Position numbers and translations under genes: made by a program. A model generated the notes under the pieces. That model had not been told where the DNA came from, did not search any database, and saw nothing but the letters and a program-made list of their open reading frames with translations. Of a stretch of 64,000 nucleotides of DNA, positions 45,267 to 54,885 are shown piece by piece. How positions within the stretch are numbered: position 1 is the first letter of the stretch; the number at the start of each line of letters is the position of its first letter. Location: positions 7,722 through 71,721 of the forward strand of contig JBIJDZ010000001.1 of assembly GCA_044343805.1 (NCBI GenBank), given 5' to 3'. This DNA comes from Chthoniobacterales bacterium (GTDB lineage Bacteria; Verrucomicrobiota; Verrucomicrobiia; Chthoniobacterales; JACTMZ01).

Positions 45267-47561
45267 ATGAACATCTTCCCGAAACTTGCTGCATCGGCCC
45301 TCGCGTGCCTTATTGCTACCAACCTCAGCGCAGCTCCCACCAACGACAAGTCCGCAAGCAAAATGGGCGAGGTTACCGCGACCGTTGGCCGCATTCTCGA
45401 ACAAGCTCATTACAGCCGTCAACGTCTGAACGAGGAGGTCACTCCCGGAGCTACTCAAGCGCGCAAAGCTCTGGATCGGTATATCGAACTTCTTGATTAC
45501 AACCGCCTTTTCTTTACCCAGCAGGACATTGACGAATTTGTCGGAAAATACGGTGACTCAGTTCAAGACGATATTCTTCTCGGCAATTTGAAGCCCGCCT
45601 TCGAAATCTACGACCGCTACATCTCCCGCGTCGAAGCCAGAACAAATAAAATCAACGAATTGCTGGAAAAAGATTTTGCTTTCGATAGCGATCGCTCCGC
45701 ACAGATCAACCGGGACAAGCAACCATGGCCGGCCGACGAGGCGGAGGCCGACCGGATTTGGGCCGATCGCATTGAAGCAGAGCTGCTCCAGGCCGTTCTT
45801 GCCGAACGATCTGTCAAAGAGGTTTCTCCCACGAAAAATCAGGAGAACATTCAACCAAACGAGGAACCCCAACCCGGTAACGCCGCGGTTGCCAGCACAG
45901 TCAAGCGCACACCCAAGGAAACCATTCAGCGCCGCTACGATCGCTTGCTCAAATCGCTCAAAGAAGAGAACCGCGAGGACCAAGCCAACACATTCCTCTC
46001 TGCCCTTGCCCAGAGCTATGATCCGCACTCGGAATACATGAGCCAACGCGCGCTGGATAATTTCAACATCCAGATGGGATTGTCCCTCGTGGGCATCGGC
46101 GCCGTGCTCCGCAGTGATGACGGTTACACGAAGATTGTCGAAATCGTCCCCGGCGGTCCCGCCGATCGAAACGGAAAGCTCAAGGTGAATGACAAGATCG
46201 TTGCCGTGGCTCAGGGTGACAATGAATTCGAGGACACCGTGGACATGAAACTCGACCGTGTGGTGGAGAAGATACGCGGAAAAAAAGGCACGACTGTACG
46301 GCTGCAAATCCAGCCCGCAGCATCCCCCGACCCTTCAAAAATCGATGTCGTCGGCATCGTGAGAGATGAGGTCAAAATCAAAGACCAAGAAGCGAAGGCT
46401 CAATTGATAGAGTTGGACCAGAGCGGAGAAGATACCCTCATCGGATGGATCACCCTGCCCAGTTTTTACGCATCCATGAACCAGAAAGGAATGCCCCCAC
46501 GCAGCACGACCAAAGACGTGGCGGCACTGCTACAGCGCTTGAAACGGGAGAACATCGAGGGGCTGGTCATCGATCTTCGTCGAGACAGCGGCGGATCGCT
46601 CGACGAGGCCATTCGACTCACGGGCCTTTTTATTCCCAAAGGCCCGGTCGTCCAAGCCAAGGATACCAACGGAAACATCAATGCGATGAACGATCCTGAC
46701 CCCGGCGTAATGTGGGACGGTCCGCTCATTGTCTTGATGAACCGGCTCAGTGCCTCAGCCAGCGAAATTTTTGCCGCGGCCCTGCAGGACTATGGTCGCG
46801 CTGTCATCGTGGGCGACGAGCAAAGCTTCGGCAAGGGAACTGTGCAAACTCTCCTTGAGGTGGATCGCTTCATGCCTCTCTTTGCCTCCTCCGGTAAGTC
46901 CGGAGCCGTGAAGCTTACGATCCAGAAGTTCTATCGCATAAAAGGCGGATCCACCCAATTGAAGGGAGTCGCTTCGGATATTGTTCTTCCGTCGCTGACC
47001 GATCATCCCAACGTGGGCGAAGGTTCGTTGAAAAACCCCTTGGAATACGACGAGGTTCCAACGCGCAACTTCACCCCCGCTGGGAATATCGGCACTTACC
47101 TCGCCCGCTTGAAAGAGGCCAGCGAGGCCCGCGTCGCCTCCAATCCCGAGTTCAGTTACATCATCGAGGACCGAGAGCGCCTGCGCAAACGCCTAGACGA
47201 GAATACTGTCAGCCTGAACAAAAATGCCCGCTTGGCTGAAATTGAGGACGACAAAACAAGGCGCCAAGCTCGTATCGCAGCGCGTAAGCAAAACGACAAA
47301 AATGTGGCTGTGGCCCGTGAGGTCACGCTCGACACGGTTAACGCTCCCGAGCTGCAAAAAGTATCTCTCAGCAAACCGCCCAAGCGCTCCTATGAAGAAA
47401 TGGATGACTATGAAGACTCCTCTGCTGCCGACGAGGAGGAACCCTTTGTCGATCCCATCCGCGACGAAACCCTCCTCATCATGAAAGACTTGATCCGTTT
47501 GCAAGTCCCCACACCCATCACTGCCAGCGCTCAGGGCAGTGAAAAAACGGCAACGCCTTGA
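45267..47561 (+). CDS. Carboxy-terminal processing (tail-specific) protease, S41 family
   Basis: Signal peptide. PDZ region (GIGAVL…IVEIVPGGPADR). S41 catalytic region (VLMNRLSASASEIFAAAL.DYGRAVIVG…FGKGTVQ). Confidence 0.9.
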   Translation: MNIFPKLAASALACLIATNLSAAPTNDKSASKMGEVTATVGRILEQAHYSRQRLNEEVTPGATQARKALDRYIELLDYNRLFFTQQDIDEFVGKYGDSVQDDILLGNLKPAFEIYDRYISRVEARTNKINELLEKDFAFDSDRSAQINRDKQPWPADEAEADRIWADRIEAELLQAVLAERSVKEVSPTKNQENIQPNEEPQPGNAAVASTVKRTPKETIQRRYDRLLKSLKEENREDQANTFLSALAQSYDPHSEYMSQRALDNFNIQMGLSLVGIGAVLRSDDGYTKIVEIVPGGPADRNGKLKVNDKIVAVAQGDNEFEDTVDMKLDRVVEKIRGKKGTTVRLQIQPAASPDPSKIDVVGIVRDEVKIKDQEAKAQLIELDQSGEDTLIGWITLPSFYASMNQKGMPPRSTTKDVAALLQRLKRENIEGLVIDLRRDSGGSLDEAIRLTGLFIPKGPVVQAKDTNGNINAMNDPDPGVMWDGPLIVLMNRLSASASEIFAAALQDYGRAVIVGDEQSFGKGTVQTLLEVDRFMPLFASSGKSGAVKLTIQKFYRIKGGSTQLKGVASDIVLPSLTDHPNVGEGSLKNPLEYDEVPTRNFTPAGNIGTYLARLKEASEARVASNPEFSYIIEDRERLRKRLDENTVSLNKNARLAEIEDDKTRRQARIAARKQNDKNVAVAREVTLDTVNAPELQKVSLSKPPKRSYEEMDDYEDSSAADEEEPFVDPIRDETLLIMKDLIRLQVPTPITASAQGSEKTATP

Positions 47562-47595
47562 CCATGGCCCACTCGGACTTTAGCTATTCGTGATT

Positions 47596-47724
47596 ATGAA
47601 AATTGCCCTTTTACTTTTGGTCGCCATGGCTGCACTTGCCGTTTCAGGATGCAACACCGTGCGGGGGGTTGGCGAAGATCTCACCGCCGTAGGAGGAACA
47701 CTCTCGCGCGCCGGCGGGGGTTAG
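47596..47724 (+). CDS. Entericidin A/B-family small lipoprotein (42 aa), not in the ORF track
   Basis: Manual translation: MKIALLLLVAMAALAVSGCNTVRGVGEDLTAVGGTLSRAGGG*. It has a lipobox (SGC) followed by the family motif CNT.RG.GED…G.. Confidence 0.85.
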   Translation: MKIALLLLVAMAALAVSGCNTVRGVGEDLTAVGGTLSRAGGG

Positions 47725-47771
47725 ACCCGCTCTGGACAAGACCGGCTGCCTCGTCTTAGTCTTTGCAGGCG

Positions 47772-47924
47772 ATGAAGATATTAGTCTTTTTTATCCTGGG
47801 AATTGCCAGTTTATGTTGCCTTACAGCGTGCAACACCGTGCAGGGAGTTGGTGAAGATGTGAGCGTCGTGGGAGAAAAAATAAGTTCCGGCGCGGAACGC
47901 GTCGAACGACGCATCGACGACTAA
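47772..47924 (+). CDS. Entericidin A/B-family small lipoprotein paralogue (50 aa), not in the ORF track
   Basis: Manual translation: MKILVFFILGIASLCCLTACNTVQGVGEDVSVVGEKISSGAERVERRIDD*. Same lipobox plus CNT.QGVGED motif. Confidence 0.85.
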   Translation: MKILVFFILGIASLCCLTACNTVQGVGEDVSVVGEKISSGAERVERRIDD

Positions 47925-47987
47925 TCTTTCATTTTCATACTCGTACTCGACAATCTTCGCCGCCGGCGCAAGCTTTCGACCATTCCC

Positions 47988-48060
47988 GCGCCCGTAGCTC
48001 AGGGGATAGAGCAGCGGATTTCTAATCCGTTGGTCGCAGGTTCAAATCCTGCCGGGCGCG
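47988..48060 (+). tRNA. tRNA-Arg (anticodon TCT)
   Basis: Hand-folded cloverleaf. Acceptor GCGCCCG/CGGGCGC. D-arm GCTC…GAGC. Anticodon stem GCGGA/TCCGT with loop TT-TCT-AA. T-arm GCAGG-TTCAAAT-CCTGC. No encoded CCA. Confidence 0.9.
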
Positions 48061-48076
48061 CCTACAATATATCTTT

Positions 48077-49318
48077 GTGTACCCCCGATTATCTGCAGGT
48101 CGTTACGCATGGCTTGTCGTCGCCCTGCTTTTCCCCGTAGCGCTTCTCAACTACTTGGACCGGCAGATGATAGCCGCCATGAAGGTTTCTGTCATGGGGG
48201 ATGTGACCGGCATAGAGATGGAATCGCAATGGGGTTACATGCTTGGTCAATTCAAATGGGTTTACGCTTTCTTCAGTCCGATCGGCGGTTACGTAGCGGA
48301 TCGTTTCAGCCGACGCTGGACTATATGTGGCAGTTTGTTCGTCTGGTCGTTCATTACTTGGCTAACAGGGCATGTTACCAGCTACGATGGATTGCTATGG
48401 ACGCGTACGGCGATGGGGTTGAGCGAGGCGTTTTACATTCCTGCCGCACTGGCTCTTATAAGCGACTACCACCGTGGGTCCACCCGCTCACGGGCTACCG
48501 GCATTCACCAAATGGGCATTTATTGCGGTGTCATTCTAGGCGGATTTGCCGGTTATGCGGCCGATGCGCCCTCCCTCGGTTGGCGCTGGGTGTTTGATTT
48601 CGCTGGGTTGGCTGGTCTTATCTACGCAATTCCGCTTTTTATACTCCTGCGAGACGTACGTTCCACAAAAACAAACACTGCGGATCAACCCTCTGCAGTT
48701 TCCTCAGTTCGAGAACTGCTCACCAACAGCTCTTTTATGCTCCTTGTGCTTTATTTCACACTGCCCGCACTCGCGGGCTGGGTCGTGCGGGATTGGATGC
48801 CGGCGATTCTCCAGCAAAGCTTCAATATCAGCCAAGGTCTCGCCGGTGTCTCGGCCACACTCTACTGGCAAGCGGCGGCGATCATTGCCGCGCTGGGCGG
48901 CGGTTGGCTGGCGGACCGCTGGATGAATCGCACGGAACGCGGACGCATCTACGTCAGCGCACTGGGCATGGCATTGATTGTTCCCGCCCTCTTCGGGGTG
49001 GGCAACTCACCTGCACTCGAGTCATTCGGCCTCGCTATCTTCTCCCTTGTCCTTTTCGGAATCGGCTGGGGATTTTTCGACACGAACAACATGCCGATAC
49101 TTTGTCAGATCGCCCGCCCAGAGCTTCGTGCCACCGGCTATGGCATTATGAATTTCGTCAGCATAAGTTGCGGCGGATTTGCCGACTGGGGATTCGGCGC
49201 AATGCGTGACCGGGGAATACCGCTCAACGCGATCTTCAGCGTATTTGCGGCCGCTTGTGTTGTCTCAGTTGCGCTCGTGCTGCTGATCCGTCCCCAAAAA
49301 ACGGAGCAAAAGGATTAG
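48077..49318 (+). CDS. MFS transporter
   Basis: 12 predicted helices. The MFS signature-like motif is GGYVADRFSRRW between TM2 and TM3. GTG start, 17 nt after the tRNA. Confidence 0.8.
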   Translation: MYPRLSAGRYAWLVVALLFPVALLNYLDRQMIAAMKVSVMGDVTGIEMESQWGYMLGQFKWVYAFFSPIGGYVADRFSRRWTICGSLFVWSFITWLTGHVTSYDGLLWTRTAMGLSEAFYIPAALALISDYHRGSTRSRATGIHQMGIYCGVILGGFAGYAADAPSLGWRWVFDFAGLAGLIYAIPLFILLRDVRSTKTNTADQPSAVSSVRELLTNSSFMLLVLYFTLPALAGWVVRDWMPAILQQSFNISQGLAGVSATLYWQAAAIIAALGGGWLADRWMNRTERGRIYVSALGMALIVPALFGVGNSPALESFGLAIFSLVLFGIGWGFFDTNNMPILCQIARPELRATGYGIMNFVSISCGGFADWGFGAMRDRGIPLNAIFSVFAAACVVSVALVLLIRPQKTEQKD

Positions 49319-49321
49319 CGA

Positions 49322-49885
49322 TTATTTGACTTTTTTCAGACCGGCTTTGTCCGGATCGAATCCCGCGGGGAATTTTGTCGATGAATCGTAAGTCGCATCG
49401 TCCCACTCCATCTCGATCATCGGCATGGAAAGCTTGGAAAAATCCGCCCCGCGTAAATCGGCACGCTGAAAGTTGGACTTCTTGACCGCTGTGAAATTTT
49501 TTGCTTTGCGTAAATCCGCCCCGCGAAAATTCACGGAATCAACCACAGCCCCGCCGAAATCTGCCCCCATTAGATTGGCCTCATTCATCGTCGCACGGCG
49601 CAATTGGACGTCCTTGGCAAACTTGACGCCCTTCATGTTCGCATTGGATAAGTCGCATTGTTCAAACTTTGCATTCGAGATGACCATTCCCTCGAAATCC
49701 GCGCCGTTGATACGGCATTGGAAGTAATCCCCTTGCATTTCTTTCTTGCTGGAAAATTTCTGACCGCTGAACCATTTGCGGACGAACTTGGGCAACTCGA
49801 TCGGTTGGTTGGCGTCGACTGAAGGCGTAAAGGTGGCAAAAAGCACAGCCGTGAGAACAAAAGCTACGGGAGAGTTCATATCCAC
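49322..49885 (-). CDS. Secreted pentapeptide-repeat protein
   Basis: Signal peptide, then consecutive A(D/N)LxX pentads: GADFEGMVISNAKFEQCDLSNANMKGVKFAK…ANLMGADFGGAVVDSVNFRGADLRKA. Confidence 0.85.
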   Translation of the reverse strand: MDMNSPVAFVLTAVLFATFTPSVDANQPIELPKFVRKWFSGQKFSSKKEMQGDYFQCRINGADFEGMVISNAKFEQCDLSNANMKGVKFAKDVQLRRATMNEANLMGADFGGAVVDSVNFRGADLRKAKNFTAVKKSNFQRADLRGADFSKLSMPMIEMEWDDATYDSSTKFPAGFDPDKAGLKKVK

Positions 49886-50020
49886 TCATTATTCGACTTC
49901 GCTAATGCAGGCAAACCCATTTGTTGGGACGCTCATCCTTAAATTCGGAGCATACCGCGTCACATGGCGACACCATCTCAAAAAAATTCAACAATCATTG
50001 ATCGCTTAAAAGTCTCGATC

Positions 50021-51274
50021 TCATACATAGCCGTCTGCCTTCCGCAAACCATACGGTATGCGGATCGTTAGCAGCACAAGAAACCCGCAGGCGAAGAAAA
50101 ACAATGTCCCCAGGATAGCCACCCGAAGACCGAAAGCATCGGCTGCCAATCCCATCAAAAGTGGACCAGTGATTGCGGCCAGCTTCCCGAAAACACCCCA
50201 AAACCCGAAAAATTCGCCCGCCCGTTCTCTAGGTGACAGCAAGACCACCACCGCGCGGCTCGCTGCTTGGCTCGACCCGATCGCCAAGCCCGCCAGATTG
50301 CCCACGACAAAAAACATGGCCTTGTCCGCGCAGCAATACGCCCCCACCGCCACCCCGCACCAGAGGAGGAGTGACGCCCCAAGCACCCGCACCGATCCCG
50401 CACGATCCTGCAAACGCCCGCTGACCAAAGCTCCAACCGCACTGCTGATCTGCAACGATGCAAAAAGCACGATATTCTCCCGTGTGCTGAAACCCAGAAC
50501 TTGAGCCGAAAATATCGCGGCAAATGCGACCACCGCACCCAACCCGCTCATATACATCAGAAAAGAGAAGAAAAATTTCAGCAACTCCCGATGCTGTGGG
50601 AGATCATGTGAAACCCGGCCCACACTGGCCCATCCGAGGCGCCACCATGAATTCGCCGTGGACTCAGGCTTCTTGCGTTCACGCAAAAGCAGCGCCACCG
50701 GCACTGTCGCCGCCAGCATGAAAAGCGCCGTAGCCACGAAAACCCATTGAATGCGACTAGGAACAACACTCATCACCCAGAGAGCCACCCCCAAAGCTCC
50801 CAAGCCCCCCAGATAGCCGAAACTCCAGCCATACCCCGAGATGCGACCGCAATTCTCCGGGGTGCTCAACTCGCTCAAAAAACTCGCACAAAAATTTTCA
50901 CCAAAGGAAAACGCCGCATACGCCAGAACGATCAATCCCGAAGCCAACCACAGCGTCCCCGGCCCGGTGAACCATAGCGCAGCCGTCGCAGCCACGCACA
51001 GCCACATCATACCCAGCAGGTAACGTTTCTTCGAGGCCGTGACATCCGCCATCACACCCAACACCGGCCCTAACACGATGACCAGAGCCTGCGACACCGC
51101 CAAAGTCGCGCTCCACAGGGTGTTGGCTGCGCCGTTTCCCGCTGCCACTACGCCCGTATAAAACGGTCCGAAAACAACAGTGACCACCACCGTGATGAAG
51201 GCCGAGTTGGCAAAGTCGTAGCAGCACCAGCCAAAGACCTCGCGCTTGCGCACCGGCGCCAAGTCTTGGGACAT
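50021..51274 (-). CDS. MFS transporter (UMF1/Atg22-like)
   Basis: FGWCCYDFANSAF N-terminal motif, typical of the UMF1 family. About 12 transmembrane segments. Confidence 0.75.
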   Translation of the reverse strand: MSQDLAPVRKREVFGWCCYDFANSAFITVVVTVVFGPFYTGVVAAGNGAANTLWSATLAVSQALVIVLGPVLGVMADVTASKKRYLLGMMWLCVAATAALWFTGPGTLWLASGLIVLAYAAFSFGENFCASFLSELSTPENCGRISGYGWSFGYLGGLGALGVALWVMSVVPSRIQWVFVATALFMLAATVPVALLLRERKKPESTANSWWRLGWASVGRVSHDLPQHRELLKFFFSFLMYMSGLGAVVAFAAIFSAQVLGFSTRENIVLFASLQISSAVGALVSGRLQDRAGSVRVLGASLLLWCGVAVGAYCCADKAMFFVVGNLAGLAIGSSQAASRAVVVLLSPRERAGEFFGFWGVFGKLAAITGPLLMGLAADAFGLRVAILGTLFFFACGFLVLLTIRIPYGLRKADGYV

Positions 51275-51277
51275 GGA

Positions 51278-51880
51278 TTAAAATCCGTTTTCGATCACCA
51301 CTTCGTCGTAGGACAACTGACCTGGACGCGGCCAAGAATCCTGCGATTTCTTGCCGATGGCAATCATGAAGGAGATCGCATGTTCCGCGGGCAGATTCAG
51401 GATTTTACCCACCGCGTCGTAATCGAAGCCATCCATCGGACACGAATCATATCCCATCGCCTTCGCCGCCAGCATCAAAGTCTGTCCTGCCATGCCGCAA
51501 GAACGCATCAACTCGTCGCGCTCTACCTGAGGTTTTCCCCCGTAATATTGAGTAATGGCTGGAACCAGAAAATCCTGCACCGCTTTCGGCGCATTGCGCC
51601 AATAGCGCGCGGGGTCTTGCTCCCACGCTTTGAGGTTGCCGCACAACACCACCAGCAACGACGCATCGGTCACTTGCGCCTGATCCCACGCCACCGCGCG
51701 GATCTTTTTGCGTATCTCCATATCCCGCACAATCACGAAGCGCCAATTCTGAATATTGAAGGCTGTTGGAGAAAGCATGGTCAACTCCAGCAATTGACGC
51801 TCCTCGTCGGCAGACATCCGGTGGTTCGGGTCATAACTCTTGATGGCGCGGCGTGCGCGGATGGCTTCGAGTGTGTTCAT
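51278..51880 (-). CDS. Nitroreductase family protein
   Basis: MNTLEAIRARRAIKSYD…SPTAFNIQNWRFVIV, the classical nitroreductase N-terminus. Alternative starts lie at 51895 and 51949. Confidence 0.85.
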   Translation of the reverse strand: MNTLEAIRARRAIKSYDPNHRMSADEERQLLELTMLSPTAFNIQNWRFVIVRDMEIRKKIRAVAWDQAQVTDASLLVVLCGNLKAWEQDPARYWRNAPKAVQDFLVPAITQYYGGKPQVERDELMRSCGMAGQTLMLAAKAMGYDSCPMDGFDYDAVGKILNLPAEHAISFMIAIGKKSQDSWPRPGQLSYDEVVIENGF

Positions 51881-51986
51881 ATGTTCATTCATCATGCCTT
51901 TTTTGACAGGGCGCGGCAACCCTCGTGAAAAATATTGCAGCCCGCCCATTCACACGCTTTATTTCTCGCACTCGCTTTTCAAGCAT

Positions 51987-52061
<75 letters not shown>

Positions 52062-52193
52062 TTTTTGCCATTCTTAGGAGACGTCGAGTGCGGCAATCGG
52101 ACTTTTTGCCAAGTCCCGTCCCCCTCATTCGTTACAAGTGTTCGTTTATGCCATCTGCCCAGTGCGTTAACGGGAAGCCCCCTCACTTTACAC

Positions 52194-52853
52194 CTACTGG
52201 GCGCCCGCGTAGGCCGTGACGAACCGGCGATATTCTACAAAGCTGGGCGAATAGAAGTCCCAGTCCCACCATTTCATAAGAAAACTTGCAGGTTTGATGC
52301 GATCATCGCTGTTGTTGAGCACCCACCACTCCCCACCTTCCGGCACGACAAGCACGGCATGACACTTGAATCCCTCCCCCATCGGAATTTTGGCTCGGAC
52401 GACAAAGAGGCGGCTCGCATCCAAGCCTCTAGCCACAAGACGCTGCTTCTTGGTTAGAGCAAAATCCTCGCAATCGCCATAGCGGGCCAATGGCATGAAA
52501 CGCCTTAAGGGGCGTCGAAATCGAGGTTCTGAGACGGGAACGTCTAACCAGCCGTAATTTTCCCTGTCGCTCAAATAAATTATATCTTCGTTCACCTCTC
52601 TGTTGATTTCGACCATCAGCTTGCGTTCGGTGTCAGAAAGGCGCGAAAAGTTGGCATTGTACAAGTGCTCGACTTGTTTCTTGTTCAACATTCCCCTGTA
52701 AGACGCTGACTGCATACCCGGTGGTGCTTGATACGGTTTAAGCGAAACGTCTGGGGGTGGCTTGAAGCTGGTGCAACCAACGAAGAGAACGGCCGTAACC
52801 GAGGCGACCAGCTTAACTTGGATGCTTCGCAGCGACGCGCTCATGCACCCCAT
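52194..52853 (-). CDS. Bacterial transglutaminase-like cysteine peptidase (BTLCP, LapG-like) lipoprotein
   Basis: Lipobox LFVGC. Catalytic-region pattern GDCEDFALTKKQRLVARGLD…KCHAVLVV (Cys…His), characteristic of BTLCP. Confidence 0.8.
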   Translation of the reverse strand: MGCMSASLRSIQVKLVASVTAVLFVGCTSFKPPPDVSLKPYQAPPGMQSASYRGMLNKKQVEHLYNANFSRLSDTERKLMVEINREVNEDIIYLSDRENYGWLDVPVSEPRFRRPLRRFMPLARYGDCEDFALTKKQRLVARGLDASRLFVVRAKIPMGEGFKCHAVLVVPEGGEWWVLNNSDDRIKPASFLMKWWDWDFYSPSFVEYRRFVTAYAGAQ

Positions 52854-53138
52854 GCTCGGCGAACGCCTCCTCCCGATAAATGGGGTCTCTTACCCGCAGG
52901 TCCATGCCGAGGAGTCTTTCCAACATTCTCGATCAAAGGCTGGCGAATCCAAAGACCGAGGCGCGAGGACCTGTCTTCGGATCCTCCAGAATATCTTTGA
53001 TATATTAGTCACCATCCCACGCTTCTTTTGGCCAACTTTTAGATTCGCCATTGGGATGGCATCGATCAGCCGACTTCTGCCCTGCCGTTTGTCCCCCAGG
53101 CCTTTACCAACCACAGCCTGCAAGCTTACTGTCCGTCC

Positions 53139-54869
53139 GTGGTTTCGCCGAGCCTCCGAAAACCTTTTTACATCATCGCCGGCCTGCTGATCGTGCTGGC
53201 TGCAGGCTACGCGTCCGCGCGTCACTACCTAGCCCCCATCGTTGGGGAATGGATCGCTGGGCCGGCATTCAACCGCATGATTTCACAGGCTGTCTCCCAC
53301 GCGCTGAAGGTGGATGGAAAGTTTGGCCCTATGTCCCTCGGCCCGGATCTCCATGTCACGACCACCGGTTTTGAGAGCAACGGATGGCCGGGGCAGGCCA
53401 TCGGCGCGCTCAATACCAAACAAGCCACCGCAAAATTCAGCCCTTGGGCTGTCCTGCGCGGATGCTGGCAGATCGACCTCATCAACATCGCCCAAGCCGA
53501 CTTCCGTATCGTGACTCCCAACGATGCGCTGAAGAAAAGCGATCCGCAGCCCGGACCGAAGCCGTGGTATGCATCCTTGATGCCACAGCAGTTTTTCTGC
53601 CGCTGGATCGAATGTCCCGACATGCAAGTCGAACTGCCCTTCGGCAACAAATTTGTGCGCGGGGAAAATTTGCACGTCGGCGCGATGATGATCGGCAAGA
53701 ATTTCAAATACTTCGGCCGCAACGGCACCCTGCATTACCCAGAGTATTCGCCGATGGCCGTCGACGCCATGCAAGTTTACGTGACGCGGGAGATAATCGA
53801 CATAGGCTATCTTTATCTGCGCGAACCGCATTCCCCGCATAGCAACCTCAACCTCGCCGCCCGCCTGGGGCAACACGCCGATCGCAGCATCAAAGCACGG
53901 GCCGAGGCCGAGCAGCTCAATTTACAGCCCTTCCTCCCCGAACACATCGCCGCCATTCTCCACGGCAAACTCTCCGGTCATGTGACCTACGAAACGGATG
54001 CCTCCGGAGGCAACGCCAGCGGCTCCGGATCGATCTCTCTCCATGATGCCGGACTGCACAACTGGGAATACCTGGACCATATCGCACAGCGTTCGGGCAA
54101 TCCCGACTTCCGCCAGATGAATTTCGAGCAAGTCACGCTCAACTACTCGATGGCTGGAAATTTTGTCACGGTGGATAACCTCACAATCAAGGGACAACAG
54201 CACCTTGACGTCGAGGGTCGCGGCTCATGGAACCTCGCCACCTCGGCTGCCACGGCTTCCGTCGCGCTGCGCCGCGTGCCGGTCGGGGCCTGCCTTCCCT
54301 TGAAAATAGCCGGCAGCATGCGCGGTGAGTTGTCCGGTCATGCCAACTGGTCTTGGCACGGAACGAAGCTCGGCTCCGGTATTGGCGGCGGGGAGTTGAA
54401 CGTCACGGGCGGCGAGCTCAACGGCTTCAAGTTTCAAAAATTCATCAGCCGCTTCCTCAAGAACGACTCCTATTTGCTTCTGCGGTTAGACAGCGCGCGA
54501 TGCTCGTGGCAACAGGATAAAGAAGGATTACACCTCCGCGACTTGGATGTCATCGCGCCGGGCAAAGCAGGTCTGCGCGGACAGATACATTTGGCCTCTG
54601 ACGGAAAACTCTCCGGCACAGTGATGGCCGGTTTGCCTGCGACATCTCTGGGCTGGCTACCCGATGCCACCAAGACGGTTTTCTCCAAGCATGCGGACGG
54701 GCTTTACTGGTGCTCGATTGAACTCTCCGGCACGGAAGCAAAGCCACAAAACAACTTTACAGCCCAAGTCCTGCGCCAACTCGAAAAACACCCGACGGCC
54801 ATGGCCGAATTGACGCTGCGCGGTTTGAGTTGGTGGGTCGGAGATATCCTCAGGGGACAAGAAGGTTGA
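53139..54869 (+). CDS. AsmA-like / large periplasmic beta-rich protein with an N-terminal membrane anchor
   Basis: N-terminal anchor FYIIAGLLIVLAAGYA. The long region after it is predicted beta-rich with repetitive G.L.G. segments. The family assignment is tentative. Confidence 0.45.
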   Translation: MVSPSLRKPFYIIAGLLIVLAAGYASARHYLAPIVGEWIAGPAFNRMISQAVSHALKVDGKFGPMSLGPDLHVTTTGFESNGWPGQAIGALNTKQATAKFSPWAVLRGCWQIDLINIAQADFRIVTPNDALKKSDPQPGPKPWYASLMPQQFFCRWIECPDMQVELPFGNKFVRGENLHVGAMMIGKNFKYFGRNGTLHYPEYSPMAVDAMQVYVTREIIDIGYLYLREPHSPHSNLNLAARLGQHADRSIKARAEAEQLNLQPFLPEHIAAILHGKLSGHVTYETDASGGNASGSGSISLHDAGLHNWEYLDHIAQRSGNPDFRQMNFEQVTLNYSMAGNFVTVDNLTIKGQQHLDVEGRGSWNLATSAATASVALRRVPVGACLPLKIAGSMRGELSGHANWSWHGTKLGSGIGGGELNVTGGELNGFKFQKFISRFLKNDSYLLLRLDSARCSWQQDKEGLHLRDLDVIAPGKAGLRGQIHLASDGKLSGTVMAGLPATSLGWLPDATKTVFSKHADGLYWCSIELSGTEAKPQNNFTAQVLRQLEKHPTAMAELTLRGLSWWVGDILRGQEG

Positions 54870-54885
54870 TGCTGACCGCCGCGGT

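Noticed and set aside
45558-46307. A 249-aa ORF on the - strand.
   Set aside because: It is antisense to the S41 tail-specific protease gene.
47988-48060. On a first pass the anticodon loop of this tRNA (…GGATTTCTAATCC…) can be read as CTA, which would make it an amber-suppressor tRNA.
   Set aside because: With the 5-bp anticodon stem registered properly (GCGGA/TCCGT), the 7-nt loop is T-T-T-C-T-A-A, with U33 and A37 in place. The anticodon is therefore TCT, an ordinary tRNA-Arg.
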